Shown: positions 18,632 to 29,273 of the stretch, one piece after another
How positions within the stretch are numbered: position 1 is the first letter of the stretch
Layout: every line of letters starts with the position of its first letter
Source: a bacterium
GTDB lineage: Bacteria; Bacteroidota; Bacteroidia; UKL13-3
Length of the DNA stretch: 64,000 nucleotides
NCBI GenBank assembly: GCA_034439755.1
Contig: JAWXAZ010000008.1
Location: forward strand, 44,797 to 108,796
Reading direction: 5' to 3'
Position numbers and translations under genes: made by a program
Notes under the pieces: model-generated
What the model saw: only the letters and a program-made list of their open reading frames with translations
Told to the model about the DNA's origin: nothing
The model's database searches: none

Positions 18632-21538
18632 TTAATTCTTTTCGTAGGTTGCTACCTCTACATCTTTATAATCTTGGATTTTATATCCTAATTTTTCAAG
18701 TGGTGTTTTAACTTTTTCTTTGTCACCTACAATCAAAATGGTCATTTTTTCTGGTTGCAAAATTTCTTTGGCAATGGCATTAATTTCTTCCTTTGTTAAA
18801 GATTTGATGGTTACGTTTTGCTGACGGATATAATCCTTAGGCAAGTTATACTCAACTAAGCGGTTTAAGAAATTTGCCTTTTGGAAGTTGGTTTCATAAC
18901 GCAATGCATCACTTTGGGTAATAGATTTTTTCATAAAATCTAGTTCCTCATCATTAATACCATTGCTTTTATAATTATTTACTTCATACATAATTTCTTT
19001 CAATGCACTATCTGTTGCCGAAGTTCTAACTCCAGTAGATATTCCATAAACACCTTGGCGATCTTTAAATCCACTGTTATAAGAGCGAATACCATAGGTA
19101 AATCCTTTTTCTTCACGCAAGTTTAGGTTTAAACGGCTATTGAAACTACCACCCAATGGATAGTTCATGGCATTGGTTTTAAAATATTTACCATTCCAAT
19201 CGTATGTTTGACCCAATTGTCCCACACGGATTTCTGATTGCGCTGCCTTATACTTGTCAACCAGCATAATTTGATTGCCATTTGCATTGTTTGCCACGGG
19301 CGCAGCTATTACTGGGAATACAGGGTTCTTCTTTTTCCAATTTTTCAAGAAGGTTGTTTTCGACAAAATCTCAGCTTCGGTTACATCACCTACAATGGTT
19401 AAAGTAGCAAAATCTGGTGCATAGAATTTATCGTAAAACGACTGAACATCCTTAATAGTCATGGCTTTAATTGATTTTAAAGTACCCGAAACAGGCTCTG
19501 CTGTAATACTTTTGCCATAAATCAACTTACTAAAAGCTAAATCGGCTGTAGCTGCTGCATCATATTTTTGCGAATTTACATTTTGATAGTTTTGAGATTG
19601 GTTCAGCTTAAAGTCTTCTGAGGTAAATTTAGGACGCATAAATTTTTCTTCTACTAATTTTAAGGTAGCATCTAAGTTCCTTTTCATACAAACTACTTGC
19701 ATAAAATGGTTATCAGAGCCAGTACCAAAGCTAATTGAACTACCCAATTTATCTAATTCGTTTTCGAATTGCTCACTGGTATAAGTTTGTGTTGCCTCAC
19801 TCATCATATCAGCAGTTAAGTTAGACAAACCTGTTTTTGAAGCATCTCCAACTGCAATATTTCCACCCTTCATGCTTAATAATATGGTTACAATTGGAGA
19901 TTCTTTCGTTTCAATTCCAATTACTTTAATACCATTATCCCAATTGGCGCTATAAAAGTTAGGAATTTCAGTCAATTTTGCTGCACCCGCTTCAGGGCGA
20001 TTGCTGCGATCGAAATTGTCTTTTGGTGTAGTATAGGAAAGTCCTTTATATTCTAACTCAGTTTTCCCTGTAGAACCTACGCTTTGCGGCTCTTTGGTTT
20101 CTTCTTTGTTGGCTGCTGCATTTGCTTTTTTAGGGAAGATGTTAACTAAAGTGTAGTTCTTTCCTTTAATGTATTGGCGGAATACGCGCATTACATCCTC
20201 TTTAGTTACTTTATTATAACGAGCCATTTCATCGCCCATGTTATAACCTTGCGCCAATTTTGGTGTTCCATGACTTAAATACCACATCGTACTTAAAATA
20301 CTGGCGCGACTGCCCACGCTTTGCATGCTTTGAATAATGCTAGTTTCAAACTGCCCTTTAGCACGACTTAAATCGTCATCGGAAACACCTTTTGAATCAA
20401 ATTCATTTAAACTAGCAAGCATTCCCTTTTCAATATCGTTGTCGCCTTCAAAGTTTGGCATGGCTATAAAGATTATACCAAACTCACCCGACAATTCAAA
20501 ACCAGAGTTAAAAGAAAATACTTGAATGGCTTTTTGCGGCTCAGGTTTAACAAAATTCTTGTATAAAATAGAATTGTTGCCATTACCCAAAATAAATCCC
20601 AACACATCTAATGCAGCTTCATCAGGATGATATTGCTTTACAGAAGGGTAAGTAAAAGCATACATAGGAGCAAATACATTGTCGCCATAGTTTACATATT
20701 TATTATCTGGTAATCTTACTGGCTCAGTTCTTTGCGTGCGCACTTCTGGACCTTTAGGAATTGGGCCAAAATATTTTTCAGATAATCTCACAACATCTGC
20801 CGCTTTTACATCACCAGAAACAACCAAGCAAGCATTGTTTGGTCCGTACCAGCGCATGAAGAAATTTTTCAAATCTTCTACATTTACCCTGTCTAAATCT
20901 TCCAAGTAACCAATTATAGGCCAGCTATAAGGATGTCCTTGCGGGTACAAAGCTGCATCATTAATTTCGCCTCTTTTGCCATAAGGAACATTGTCAATAT
21001 TTTGACCTTTTTCATTTTTAACTGTTGAACGCTGAACCTCAAACTTCTTTTGAGTTACAGAATCCAGCAAGAAACCCATTCTGTCTGCTTCGAGCCACAA
21101 TGCTGTTTCCAAATAATTTGAAGGTAAAGTTTCAAAATAATTTGTCCTATCGCGGTTGGTGGTTCCGTTCATTTGACCACCCGCACCTTGAACAATTTTA
21201 AAATGCTCTTCATCTTTTACGTGCAAGGAACCTTGGAACATCATGTGTTCAAAGAAATGTGCAAAGCCAGATTTTCCAGGAGTTTCTCTGGCTGAACCAA
21301 CATGATAAGTTACCTCAACATGAACAATTGGATCGGAATGATCCTCGTGAACGATGAGTGTAAGCCCATTTGGCAATAGATACTTTTCGTAACTAATTTT
21401 TAATTCACCAGGGTTAGCCGTTACTTTTTCAAGCAAAGTAGTTTTGGCCGGGATAGTGGCTGCGGGTGTTTGTGAATTCGCTGACTGAATACCCATCAGA
21501 AAAGCAAAAGCACCTGCAAATAATAAACCTCTTTTCAT
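18632..21538 (-). CDS. M16-family (pitrilysin/insulinase-like) zinc peptidase, fused double unit
   Basis: Inverted zincin motif HFFEHMMFQG (HXXEH). 968 aa, equivalent to two M16 active/inactive domain pairs. Signal peptide present. Confidence 0.88.
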   Translation of the reverse strand: MKRGLLFAGAFAFLMGIQSANSQTPAATIPAKTTLLEKVTANPGELKISYEKYLLPNGLTLIVHEDHSDPIVHVEVTYHVGSARETPGKSGFAHFFEHMMFQGSLHVKDEEHFKIVQGAGGQMNGTTNRDRTNYFETLPSNYLETALWLEADRMGFLLDSVTQKKFEVQRSTVKNEKGQNIDNVPYGKRGEINDAALYPQGHPYSWPIIGYLEDLDRVNVEDLKNFFMRWYGPNNACLVVSGDVKAADVVRLSEKYFGPIPKGPEVRTQRTEPVRLPDNKYVNYGDNVFAPMYAFTYPSVKQYHPDEAALDVLGFILGNGNNSILYKNFVKPEPQKAIQVFSFNSGFELSGEFGIIFIAMPNFEGDNDIEKGMLASLNEFDSKGVSDDDLSRAKGQFETSIIQSMQSVGSRASILSTMWYLSHGTPKLAQGYNMGDEMARYNKVTKEDVMRVFRQYIKGKNYTLVNIFPKKANAAANKEETKEPQSVGSTGKTELEYKGLSYTTPKDNFDRSNRPEAGAAKLTEIPNFYSANWDNGIKVIGIETKESPIVTILLSMKGGNIAVGDASKTGLSNLTADMMSEATQTYTSEQFENELDKLGSSISFGTGSDNHFMQVVCMKRNLDATLKLVEEKFMRPKFTSEDFKLNQSQNYQNVNSQKYDAAATADLAFSKLIYGKSITAEPVSGTLKSIKAMTIKDVQSFYDKFYAPDFATLTIVGDVTEAEILSKTTFLKNWKKKNPVFPVIAAPVANNANGNQIMLVDKYKAAQSEIRVGQLGQTYDWNGKYFKTNAMNYPLGGSFNSRLNLNLREEKGFTYGIRSYNSGFKDRQGVYGISTGVRTSATDSALKEIMYEVNNYKSNGINDEELDFMKKSITQSDALRYETNFQKANFLNRLVEYNLPKDYIRQQNVTIKSLTKEEINAIAKEILQPEKMTILIVGDKEKVKTPLEKLGYKIQDYKDVEVATYEKN

Positions 21539-21765
21539 ATTTGATTTTATTTTATTGGTTTTATGGTTTGTGTTGAAAAATTTAAGGCATAGTTAGACTT
21601 ATCAATTTTTCATTGCACCGCAATTTAAAGACTTTAGGTTAAGTGCGACAAGTTTTTTTTATGAGAGGTATATGAAACATTTGTGTGGTTGGTGGAAAAG
21701 ATTTACTTAATTTATAGTTGCAATGTTTCAAAAGCTGCTTATTTTCGCCTCATATAATTTTTATC

Positions 21766-22299
21766 ATGAACAAAAGAATACTTGCTATAACAACGTTAAT
21801 TTTCACTGCCGCATTTCTACGCTTAATACCGCATGCGCCTAATTTTAGCCCTATTGGAGCCATTGCATTATTTGGAGGTGCTTATTTAGGCAGAAACTAC
21901 CTTGCCTATTTAATGCCGATGCTTGCCATGTTGCTGAGCGATTTGTTTTTGGGATTTTATGGCTTAGAAATGTTGATTACTTATTCGGCAATTGCAGGAA
22001 TGATATTCATTGGAACCCAATTAAGCAAGAAAATAACTTGGTATAATATCGGTTTGGGATCAGTTGCCTCTTCTGTGGTTTTCTATTTAATAACCAATTG
22101 CGTGTTCTTTTATCCTACAACGATGGGCTCAATTTACACCCACGATATGGCGGGATTATTAACTAGTTATGTTGCTGGATGGCCGTTTTTCCAAAACACA
22201 TTCGCTTCAGATTTAGTTTACAATACCTTATTATTTGGAAGCTTCTATTTATTAAGCATCAATATTCCTTCATTAAAACTAGAGAAAATTAAGGCTTAG
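21766..22299 (+). CDS. integral membrane protein, DUF6580-like putative transporter component
   Basis: Start at ATG 21766 (the track uses TTG 21718). Several hydrophobic helices. The N-terminal RLIPHAPNFSPIGAIALFGG matches my recollection of the DUF6580 family. Confidence 0.6.
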   Translation: MNKRILAITTLIFTAAFLRLIPHAPNFSPIGAIALFGGAYLGRNYLAYLMPMLAMLLSDLFLGFYGLEMLITYSAIAGMIFIGTQLSKKITWYNIGLGSVASSVVFYLITNCVFFYPTTMGSIYTHDMAGLLTSYVAGWPFFQNTFASDLVYNTLLFGSFYLLSINIPSLKLEKIKA

Positions 22300-23938
22300 A
22301 GAAATCTGCCTCTCCTTTTTTTTGACCAAATTCAACGCTCAAGTGATAAATTCCACTTGGGCGTTTTTTGTACCCTTTTAATTGAATTCGGTTCAGGCCC
22401 TTTTTTAAAGAAATGTATTGCTTTTCTATTTCCTTGTTAATTGGTTCGGTTATTAATAAGTTCACCTTTTGGTTGGTTCTTGCGTTAATAATTACATACA
22501 TATACCTATCTGGCAATTCCCTAAAATCGAGTATGCTATCTGTTTTTACCCGTATGCATTTTGCGGCAAGTTCTATATCTGGTATGCCTGATCCAACATA
22601 TTTATCTGGTTTATAAAACTGGTTTGCCGTGAGCATGAGCACCTCTTTTATTTTTTGCGCAGAAGCATTTGGATCAGCTTGTAATAAAATGGCTGCCGTA
22701 CCTGCAATTATTGGGCAGGCATAAGATGTGCCATTTCCTTCAAATACTTTTCCATCTTGCGAGATTAGGACTGCATTTTTTCCAAGTGCAGCAAGGTCTG
22801 GCTTCATTCTTTTATCGGCTGTTGGTCCTACAGAACTAAAGCTAGCATAGCTGCCATGTTTATCTATGGCACCAATTGTGAGCACCTCTGCCACATCTGC
22901 CGGTGCACTTAATTGACGCCAAGGATCGTTTCCCTCATTGCCAGCACTAACGGCCACTAAAATACCTTTTGAGGCCGCAATTTGTGCCGCCTTGCTAACG
23001 ATGGTTGTTTTGCCATCCAATTCGGAATATTTATGCCCCATCACTTTTTCATCGTGCTTTGTATAACCCAAAGAAGAGTTGATGATATCGGCACCAGCGC
23101 TGTCTGCAAATTCTGCGGCTAAGGTCCAAAAATACTCTTCCACAAGGTACTCCGATGCGGCATTTTCTGATCTCAATAAAAGGTACTGACTCGCAGGTGC
23201 AGCACCGCAAATTAATCCGGGTTGGTATGCCGCCAAACAACTCATCACCGATAAACCATGTTCATCATCGTCGAACACCTCTTCTTCTAGCTCCACAAAA
23301 TCTCGCGTGGCAATGATTCTTTTCTCTGTAAACAAATGATTAAAAGCCTTCAATTGATCCAGATTTCTGAAGCCAGCATCAATAACAGCAATGAGAACAT
23401 TCTTGCCTTGCATGCCCGATTTAATTAAATTGGCGGCATTAATTTGTTCTAATTGAGCAAAGCTTTTGCCCAATAATTGCGAATCATTTCTTTCCTTTTT
23501 GTTTTCGAACGTTTGGGCAAGAATCTGTAATTGGTTTTCTAAACTATTTTCCGTGGCTTGGTCTTGTTCATCGTAAAAATATGCCGGACCTACATAAGTG
23601 GTATTGGTTACAAAAGGAAGCGTCTTTATTTCGGCTTCAATGTCTTTTGTTCCACTTAAAATAATGGCACCATTTAGCCAACGGCTGCTGCCATAAAGCA
23701 ACAAAGGCAATTGTGCAAGCTGAGCCAAATATGCGCTGTCTGGCGGAATATCATTGACATTAAGCGGCACTCTGTTTCGAGTTCTTCTTTCGATTGCACG
23801 AATGGAAATATAGCTTGAAGGGTTGTACAATATTTTTTGAGCCTGGGGTTTATCTTTAAATTCAACAAAATAAAACTTTTGCTGGCCATATAGGTTCAGA
23901 CCGAAAAAAAGAAATGATAGAAATAAGATTTGTCTCAT
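22289..23938 (-). CDS. S8-family (subtilisin-like) serine peptidase
   Basis: Catalytic triad contexts AVIDAGF (Asp), DEHGLSVMS (His), GTSYACP (Ser). Signal peptide present. The 3' end overlaps the convergent 21766 gene by 11 nt. Confidence 0.88.
   Translation of the reverse strand: MRQILFLSFLFFGLNLYGQQKFYFVEFKDKPQAQKILYNPSSYISIRAIERRTRNRVPLNVNDIPPDSAYLAQLAQLPLLLYGSSRWLNGAIILSGTKDIEAEIKTLPFVTNTTYVGPAYFYDEQDQATENSLENQLQILAQTFENKKERNDSQLLGKSFAQLEQINAANLIKSGMQGKNVLIAVIDAGFRNLDQLKAFNHLFTEKRIIATRDFVELEEEVFDDDEHGLSVMSCLAAYQPGLICGAAPASQYLLLRSENAASEYLVEEYFWTLAAEFADSAGADIINSSLGYTKHDEKVMGHKYSELDGKTTIVSKAAQIAASKGILVAVSAGNEGNDPWRQLSAPADVAEVLTIGAIDKHGSYASFSSVGPTADKRMKPDLAALGKNAVLISQDGKVFEGNGTSYACPIIAGTAAILLQADPNASAQKIKEVLMLTANQFYKPDKYVGSGIPDIELAAKCIRVKTDSILDFRELPDRYMYVIINARTNQKVNLLITEPINKEIEKQYISLKKGLNRIQLKGYKKRPSGIYHLSVEFGQKKGEADFSKP
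23893..23902 (-). repeat. over-represented motif copy (GGTCTGAACC)
   Basis: Exact copy; the minus strand reads TTTTTCGGTCTGAACCTATA. Inside the S8 signal-peptide codons (FFGLNL). Confidence 0.9.
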
Positions 23939-24609
23939 GGACGGGTAAAGGATATTAATTTTTGCCTAATTTTATACCCAGATTTCTTGTTATTTTGGGT
24001 GTTTATATTGTTGTTGATTCTATCTACCAATCCCAGGTTTTTGGCATACACATTTCTAATCAATATCTCTTCAATTAGGTTGTTTGTTTGAGCTTCTAAA
24101 ACGGTAATTGTGTTGGTAAATAGGGTGTCGTTATTGTTAAAATTGTTATAAAGGCTTTGCCATTGATAATTTCTTTTGCCCAAGGAATTATACGCATTTC
24201 CGTTCCACAATTGGGTTTGCCCTATTGGGAAAATTAATTTAACAAAACGGGTATTTTCCTCTACCCATTGAAGCGTGTTATTTTCTTTGATTATATAAAG
24301 TGAGCTTCTAGGCTCCCAAAGTAAACTTGAGTCTTTCCATACCCTTCGGGCAATTTGCCTGTGTTCATTTAAATCTTGACCATTCACCAAGCCTCCAAAT
24401 ATTTCCATTAGGGTAAAATGGAAGGTATCTGCAGTCTGCGTATTATCGTCGAAAGCAATAGAATCTATTGAATAGGTTTTTATCCAACCCGAATCGAGCG
24501 GAAAATAATCAAATCCTAGATCTGGCGAAGGCTGCTTATCCTTAGCGCAAGAAGCGATAAGAAGCATGCCAAAAGCCAAAAGCATAAAATAGGATTTGAT
24601 TATATTCAT
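23935..24609 (-). CDS. hypothetical lipoprotein
   Basis: Signal peptide with an LLIASC lipobox. 4-nt overlap with the downstream S8 gene. No domain recognised. Confidence 0.65.
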   Translation of the reverse strand: MNIIKSYFMLLAFGMLLIASCAKDKQPSPDLGFDYFPLDSGWIKTYSIDSIAFDDNTQTADTFHFTLMEIFGGLVNGQDLNEHRQIARRVWKDSSLLWEPRSSLYIIKENNTLQWVEENTRFVKLIFPIGQTQLWNGNAYNSLGKRNYQWQSLYNNFNNNDTLFTNTITVLEAQTNNLIEEILIRNVYAKNLGLVDRINNNINTQNNKKSGYKIRQKLISFTRP

Positions 24610-24614
24610 ATTAT

Positions 24615-25715
24615 TTAAAGTTCAAAACTAGATTGAATCCAACCGCCACCTATTACATCGTTTCCTTCGTAAAATACTGCGCTTTGGCCAGGGGCAATGC
24701 CTTTTACCAAACTGTGAAAGTCTACTTTCATGCGCGTATCTTCTTGCGTAATGGTGGCCATGGTTCCTGCGTCTTTGTATCGCACTTTGGTTAACGAATC
24801 CATGGGCGAAATTATTTCTGGGTACTTTTGCAAATTAATATTTCGCACCCACATGCCATTTCTTTGAAGCTCCTCTTCCCTACCCAAAACAACGGTATTA
24901 GAATTTGGCTGAATTTCGAGCACAAACATGGGTTCGCCTAAGGCTATTTCTAGTCCTTTTCTTTGGCCCACCGTATAGAATGGATAGCCGCGATGTTTTC
25001 CTAAAACCTTGCCTTCTCTGTTAACAAAATTTCCACCATCAACGCGCTCTTCTAGTCCATCAACTTTGCGTTTTAAAAACCCCCTGTAATCATTGTCTGG
25101 CACAAAGCAAATTTCATAGCTCTCGCTTTTCTTGGCCAACTCGGTAAAGCCTCTATCGATGGCCATTTGGCGAATATCTGTTTTATGAAAACCACCCAAA
25201 GGGAATCGGGTTCTAGCTAAGCTTTCTTGACTTAATCCCCAAAGTACATAGCTTTGATCTTTGTGGTGATCTAAGCCGCGGCTAATGACATGGCGGTTGT
25301 TTTCTTCTCTAATTTGCGCATAATGACCGGTAGCAATAAACTCGCAATCGAGTTGATTGGCACGTTTAAGTAAAGCTTCCCATTTGATATGCGTATTGCA
25401 TAGTACGCAAGGGTTTGGCGTTCTTCCGGCCAAGTATTCCTCAATGAAATTATCGATAACAAAATCGCCAAATTCATCTCTAATATCTAAAATTAAATGG
25501 TGAATACCATATTGAACAGCAATTGCCCTGGCATCGTTAATGGAGTCTAGGCTACAACAGCCAGTTTCTTTTTTGCCTCCACCACTGTTTTGGTAATCCC
25601 ATGTTTTCATGGTAATTCCAACTACTTCATATCCTTCTTCTGCTAGCATAACGGCTGCCACGGTGCTATCAATTCCACCGCTCATGGCCACTAAAATTCT
25701 TCCTTTTTTACTCAT
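24615..25715 (-). CDS. mnmA: tRNA 2-thiouridine(34) synthase MnmA
   Basis: PP-loop motif VAMSGGIDSTVAA and conserved Cys residues (CCSLD, CNTHIKW). 366 aa. Confidence 0.9.
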   Translation of the reverse strand: MSKKGRILVAMSGGIDSTVAAVMLAEEGYEVVGITMKTWDYQNSGGGKKETGCCSLDSINDARAIAVQYGIHHLILDIRDEFGDFVIDNFIEEYLAGRTPNPCVLCNTHIKWEALLKRANQLDCEFIATGHYAQIREENNRHVISRGLDHHKDQSYVLWGLSQESLARTRFPLGGFHKTDIRQMAIDRGFTELAKKSESYEICFVPDNDYRGFLKRKVDGLEERVDGGNFVNREGKVLGKHRGYPFYTVGQRKGLEIALGEPMFVLEIQPNSNTVVLGREEELQRNGMWVRNINLQKYPEIISPMDSLTKVRYKDAGTMATITQEDTRMKVDFHSLVKGIAPGQSAVFYEGNDVIGGGWIQSSFEL

Positions 25716-25769
25716 ATTTCAAAACATTAAAGGGTAAAAAGCCCTTGTGATTGATTTGGCAAATATAAC

Positions 25770-26420
25770 TTATTCCTTCCAAACAGAAGGGAAAAGAATG
25801 TAAGCCATGGCAATCACTAAGATGTTGAAGGCAAAAAGGATTCCAAGGTCTTTATAAATCTGGGTTGGATCGGTTCCATCCATGGCTCTTTTGGTGGCTT
25901 TAATGACAATAAGCAACAAAGGAATAATAATTGGAAGGCTTAAAACAGGCATTAGCAAGTTGCTGTTTCCTGCTTTGGATGAAATGGCAGACAGCATGGT
26001 AAATGTGCTGGCAAAGCCTATGCAGCCTAATAAAGTTACAGCAAAATACAAACCCATGGCATCAATTGGGTTACCCATTAACAAGGCAAAAGTGCTTAAA
26101 CACAAAGTTGCGAGTACCACATTTAATGCAGCGTTATAAATAAATTTGGCAAGCAACAATTGTTGTGGCTGAACCAACATGTGATAATAAAGGTTTCGGC
26201 CTTTGCCTTCTCCTATGAAGCTTTTAGCGATTGCATTGATGGAAATAAAAAGCATAACAACCCAAAATACGCCATTCCAGGTATTGTTGTTTAAGCTCTT
26301 AACAGCCAAATAAACTACAAAAACAGAAGATAACACTTGCAAGAGAATTCCATTTAGGGCGTAACGTTGGCGCCATTCTAGGAGCAATTCTTTTTTTATT
26401 AAAGGTATTAATGGACTCAT
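25770..26420 (-). CDS. CcmB-like heme-exporter/ABC permease family membrane protein
   Basis: 216 aa with 6 hydrophobic helices. The N-terminus KKELLLEWRQRYALNGILLQV resembles Bacteroidota CcmB annotations. No ccmA/ccmC neighbour in this window. Confidence 0.6.
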   Translation of the reverse strand: MSPLIPLIKKELLLEWRQRYALNGILLQVLSSVFVVYLAVKSLNNNTWNGVFWVVMLFISINAIAKSFIGEGKGRNLYYHMLVQPQQLLLAKFIYNAALNVVLATLCLSTFALLMGNPIDAMGLYFAVTLLGCIGFASTFTMLSAISSKAGNSNLLMPVLSLPIIIPLLLIVIKATKRAMDGTDPTQIYKDLGILFAFNILVIAMAYILFPSVWKE

Positions 26421-26439
26421 TGGGTGCGCAAATATTTTT

Positions 26440-26449
26440 GGTTCAGACC
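26440..26449 (-). repeat. over-represented motif copy (GGTCTGAACC)
   Basis: Exact copy; the minus strand reads TTTTTAGGTCTGAACCAAAA. Located in the 53-nt spacer between the desaturase stop and the CcmB-like start. Confidence 0.9.
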
Positions 26450-26473
26450 TAAAAAGAGCAGCTTATCTATTAC

Positions 26474-27574
26474 CTAATTAGTAACGGGGATAGGAACTTT
26501 GCCTAATTCTTTAAGTCGCTTTATATGAGACACTAAGGCCGACCATAAAGTAGGATTTTGAAGATATGGGATATCATATTTTTTGGCTGTTGCCTCCACA
26601 ATTTTAGATATAGCGGGGTAATGTAAATGGCAAATATTGGGAAAAAGGTGGTGCTCTACTTGGAAATTTAATCCGCCTACATACCAGTTGAGCAACTTAT
26701 TACCCGGGGCAAAATTTGCTGTGGTCATAAGTTGGTGAACTGCCCATTCATTTTCTGTCACTTTATCTTCGTTTGGCACGGGCTGAGCAACACCTTCAAC
26801 AATATGGGCCAATTGAAATACCAGAGCAAAAATAAATCCAGCCATCATGTGCATTGCAATAAACGAAATAAGCACCTGCCACCAAGCTAAATCGGTGTAA
26901 ATAATTGGAAGGCCAATAAAAATAAAAAGGTAAATTAATTTAACGCCAATTAAAATGGAAAATTCCTTTTTAGGATCGCCCAAATGTTGCTTTACGAGTC
27001 CTGCTTTATTATACCCTATTAGCTTAGGAAGATCGCCTAACAACATGGAAATTGTCATCATGGTATACAAAGGAAATGAGTACAAATATTGGTACTTATG
27101 AATGGGTTTTAAGGGCGATTGTTCAGAGAAACGCATAATCCATCTTGGTTTAATGTCCTCGTCGAGACCGCCGATATTGGTGTATGCATGGTGAAAAATG
27201 TTATGTTGAATTTTCCAGTTGAACACGTTGCTGCCAATAATGTACAAGCTATACCCCATTATTTTATTAACCCATTTATGCTTTGAATAGGAATTATGAA
27301 GGGCATCGTGCATCACACTCATTCCCACGCCAGCTGTGCCAATTCCTATAAGTACATATAACAAAAAGGACTGTAGAAACGAGGTATTATAAAGTAGGAT
27401 TATGACAAAAGGAGCAACATATAAGGTATAAGCCGACAAGGTTTTAAGCCACATTATAGCGTTGCCTTTGGTAGAAAGATTATTTTCTTTGAAGTAGGCA
27501 TTTACATTGTGTCGTAATTCTTTGGCAAACTGTTTCTGCTTATGCTCCTCGCTATGGAATTTAACTAACTTCAT
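26474..27574 (-). CDS. membrane fatty acid desaturase
   Basis: Three His boxes (HDALH, HNIFHH, QVEHHLFP) plus hydrophobic helices. Confidence 0.88.
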   Translation of the reverse strand: MKLVKFHSEEHKQKQFAKELRHNVNAYFKENNLSTKGNAIMWLKTLSAYTLYVAPFVIILLYNTSFLQSFLLYVLIGIGTAGVGMSVMHDALHNSYSKHKWVNKIMGYSLYIIGSNVFNWKIQHNIFHHAYTNIGGLDEDIKPRWIMRFSEQSPLKPIHKYQYLYSFPLYTMMTISMLLGDLPKLIGYNKAGLVKQHLGDPKKEFSILIGVKLIYLFIFIGLPIIYTDLAWWQVLISFIAMHMMAGFIFALVFQLAHIVEGVAQPVPNEDKVTENEWAVHQLMTTANFAPGNKLLNWYVGGLNFQVEHHLFPNICHLHYPAISKIVEATAKKYDIPYLQNPTLWSALVSHIKRLKELGKVPIPVTN

Positions 27575-27788
27575 TCAATTTTTATGGTTTTAATGGGGTA
27601 ACTGTTTTTGTTTTATAGGTTGTAAAGGTATGTTAAAAGGGAATATTTAGGTTAAATCATTGTTAAAACGAGCGTCATATTTTTGCGACTTACTTTGTGC
27701 ATGTTAAGGTATATTTTGTTGCTAATAAATAGAAAATAAGTGTGTATTCCTAAATTCTCTTATTTTTGTCTGTTTGAACCAATATAAT

Positions 27789-29270
27789 ATGAAAAAGATA
27801 TTAATAGCGAATAGAGGCGAAATTGCTTTAAGGGTTATGCGCACTGCAAAGGAAATGGGCATAAAAACGGTTGCAGTATATAGTGAGGCCGACAGAAAAG
27901 CTTTGCATGTAAGGTATGCCGATGAGGCTGTGTGCATTGGTCTGCCGCCTAGTAACCAAAGCTATTTGTTGGGAGATAAAATTATTGATGTGGCTTTAGC
28001 TGCGGGGGCAGATGCCATTCACCCTGGATATGGATTTTTAAGTGAGAACGCCAATTTTGCCCGAAAAGTTAAAGCGGCAGGATTAATATTTATTGGACCT
28101 TCGGCCGAAAGTATGGAGGTGATGGGCAGTAAAATTAGTGCTAAGCAAGCGGTATCGAAGTTTAATGTTCCCTTGGTTCCTGGAACCCAAGAAGCACTGA
28201 GCAATGTTGCCGAGGCCAGAACAATTGCCAATGGAATAGGTTATCCTGTTTTGGTAAAGGCCTCTGCTGGTGGTGGTGGCAAGGGCATGCGGGTTGTGAA
28301 TTCGGAAGATGAATTTGAGGAAGCTATTCGTTTGGCACAGTCAGAAGCCTTGGCCTCATTTGGCGACGATGCTGTGTTTATTGAAAAATTTGTGGGTTCG
28401 CCCAAACATATTGAGATACAAATTTTGGGCGACCAGCATGGCAATGTAGTTTATTTGTTTGAGCGCGAATGCAGTATTCAAAGAAGGCATCAGAAATTGG
28501 TGGAAGAAGCTCCTTCCAGTTGTTTAACACCGGAAGTGCGCAAGAAAATGGGCGAAGCAGCAGTAAATGTTGCTAAAGCTGCAAATTATTACAGTGCTGG
28601 AACCGTGGAGTTTCTGGTAGATTATGATTTGAATTTTTATTTCTTGGAGATGAACACGCGCTTGCAAGTTGAGCATCCTGTAACAGAACAAATAGTGGGA
28701 TTAGATTTGGTTAAAGAGCAAATTAGGATTGCCAGAGGAGAAACTTTGGGATACGCTCAAGAGGATTTGAAAATGCATGGTCATGCCATTGAATTGAGAG
28801 TTTGTGCAGAAGACCCTAGGAATAATTTTTTACCTGATATTGGCAAACTTACTACTTACAAAACGCCTCAAGGTTATGGGGTAAGGGTGGATGATAGTTT
28901 TGAAGAAGGAATGGAGATTCCAATTCAGTATGATCCAATGATAGCTAAGTTAATCACCTTTGGGGCAAATAGAGAAGAGGCTATTCAAAGGATGATAAGG
29001 GCAATTGCAGATTATCGCATTAGCGGAATAGAAACGACTTTAAGTTTTGGTAATTTTGTGATGCACCATGAGGCTTATTTGAAAGGCGATTTTGACACCC
29101 ATTTTATTGAAAAATACTATAAGCCAGAATTATTAGATGCTGGCGGTTCTCCGTTGCATTCTGCGGCAGCCGCATTTAGTGCAGGGGATTTATTTTTTCT
29201 ATACGAAGGAAAAGAAACCAAGGCAATAGAAAATAACTCCACTAACTGGCAATTGAAAAGAAAAGCATAA
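27789..29270 (+). CDS. accC: biotin carboxylase (acetyl-CoA carboxylase biotin carboxylase subunit type)
   Basis: Start at ATG 27789 (the track uses TTG 27774). Motifs MKKILIANRGEIA, GYGFLSEN, GGGGKGMR, EMNTRLQVEHPVTE. No biotinyl (AMKM) domain. Confidence 0.88.
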   Translation: MKKILIANRGEIALRVMRTAKEMGIKTVAVYSEADRKALHVRYADEAVCIGLPPSNQSYLLGDKIIDVALAAGADAIHPGYGFLSENANFARKVKAAGLIFIGPSAESMEVMGSKISAKQAVSKFNVPLVPGTQEALSNVAEARTIANGIGYPVLVKASAGGGGKGMRVVNSEDEFEEAIRLAQSEALASFGDDAVFIEKFVGSPKHIEIQILGDQHGNVVYLFERECSIQRRHQKLVEEAPSSCLTPEVRKKMGEAAVNVAKAANYYSAGTVEFLVDYDLNFYFLEMNTRLQVEHPVTEQIVGLDLVKEQIRIARGETLGYAQEDLKMHGHAIELRVCAEDPRNNFLPDIGKLTTYKTPQGYGVRVDDSFEEGMEIPIQYDPMIAKLITFGANREEAIQRMIRAIADYRISGIETTLSFGNFVMHHEAYLKGDFDTHFIEKYYKPELLDAGGSPLHSAAAAFSAGDLFFLYEGKETKAIENNSTNWQLKRKA

Positions 29271-29273
29271 TTT

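Noticed and set aside
27771-27780. TGTTTGAACCAA just upstream of the accC start codon, considered as another motif copy.
   Set aside because: It has two mismatches to the 10-mer core. I did not count it, although it could be a degenerate copy.
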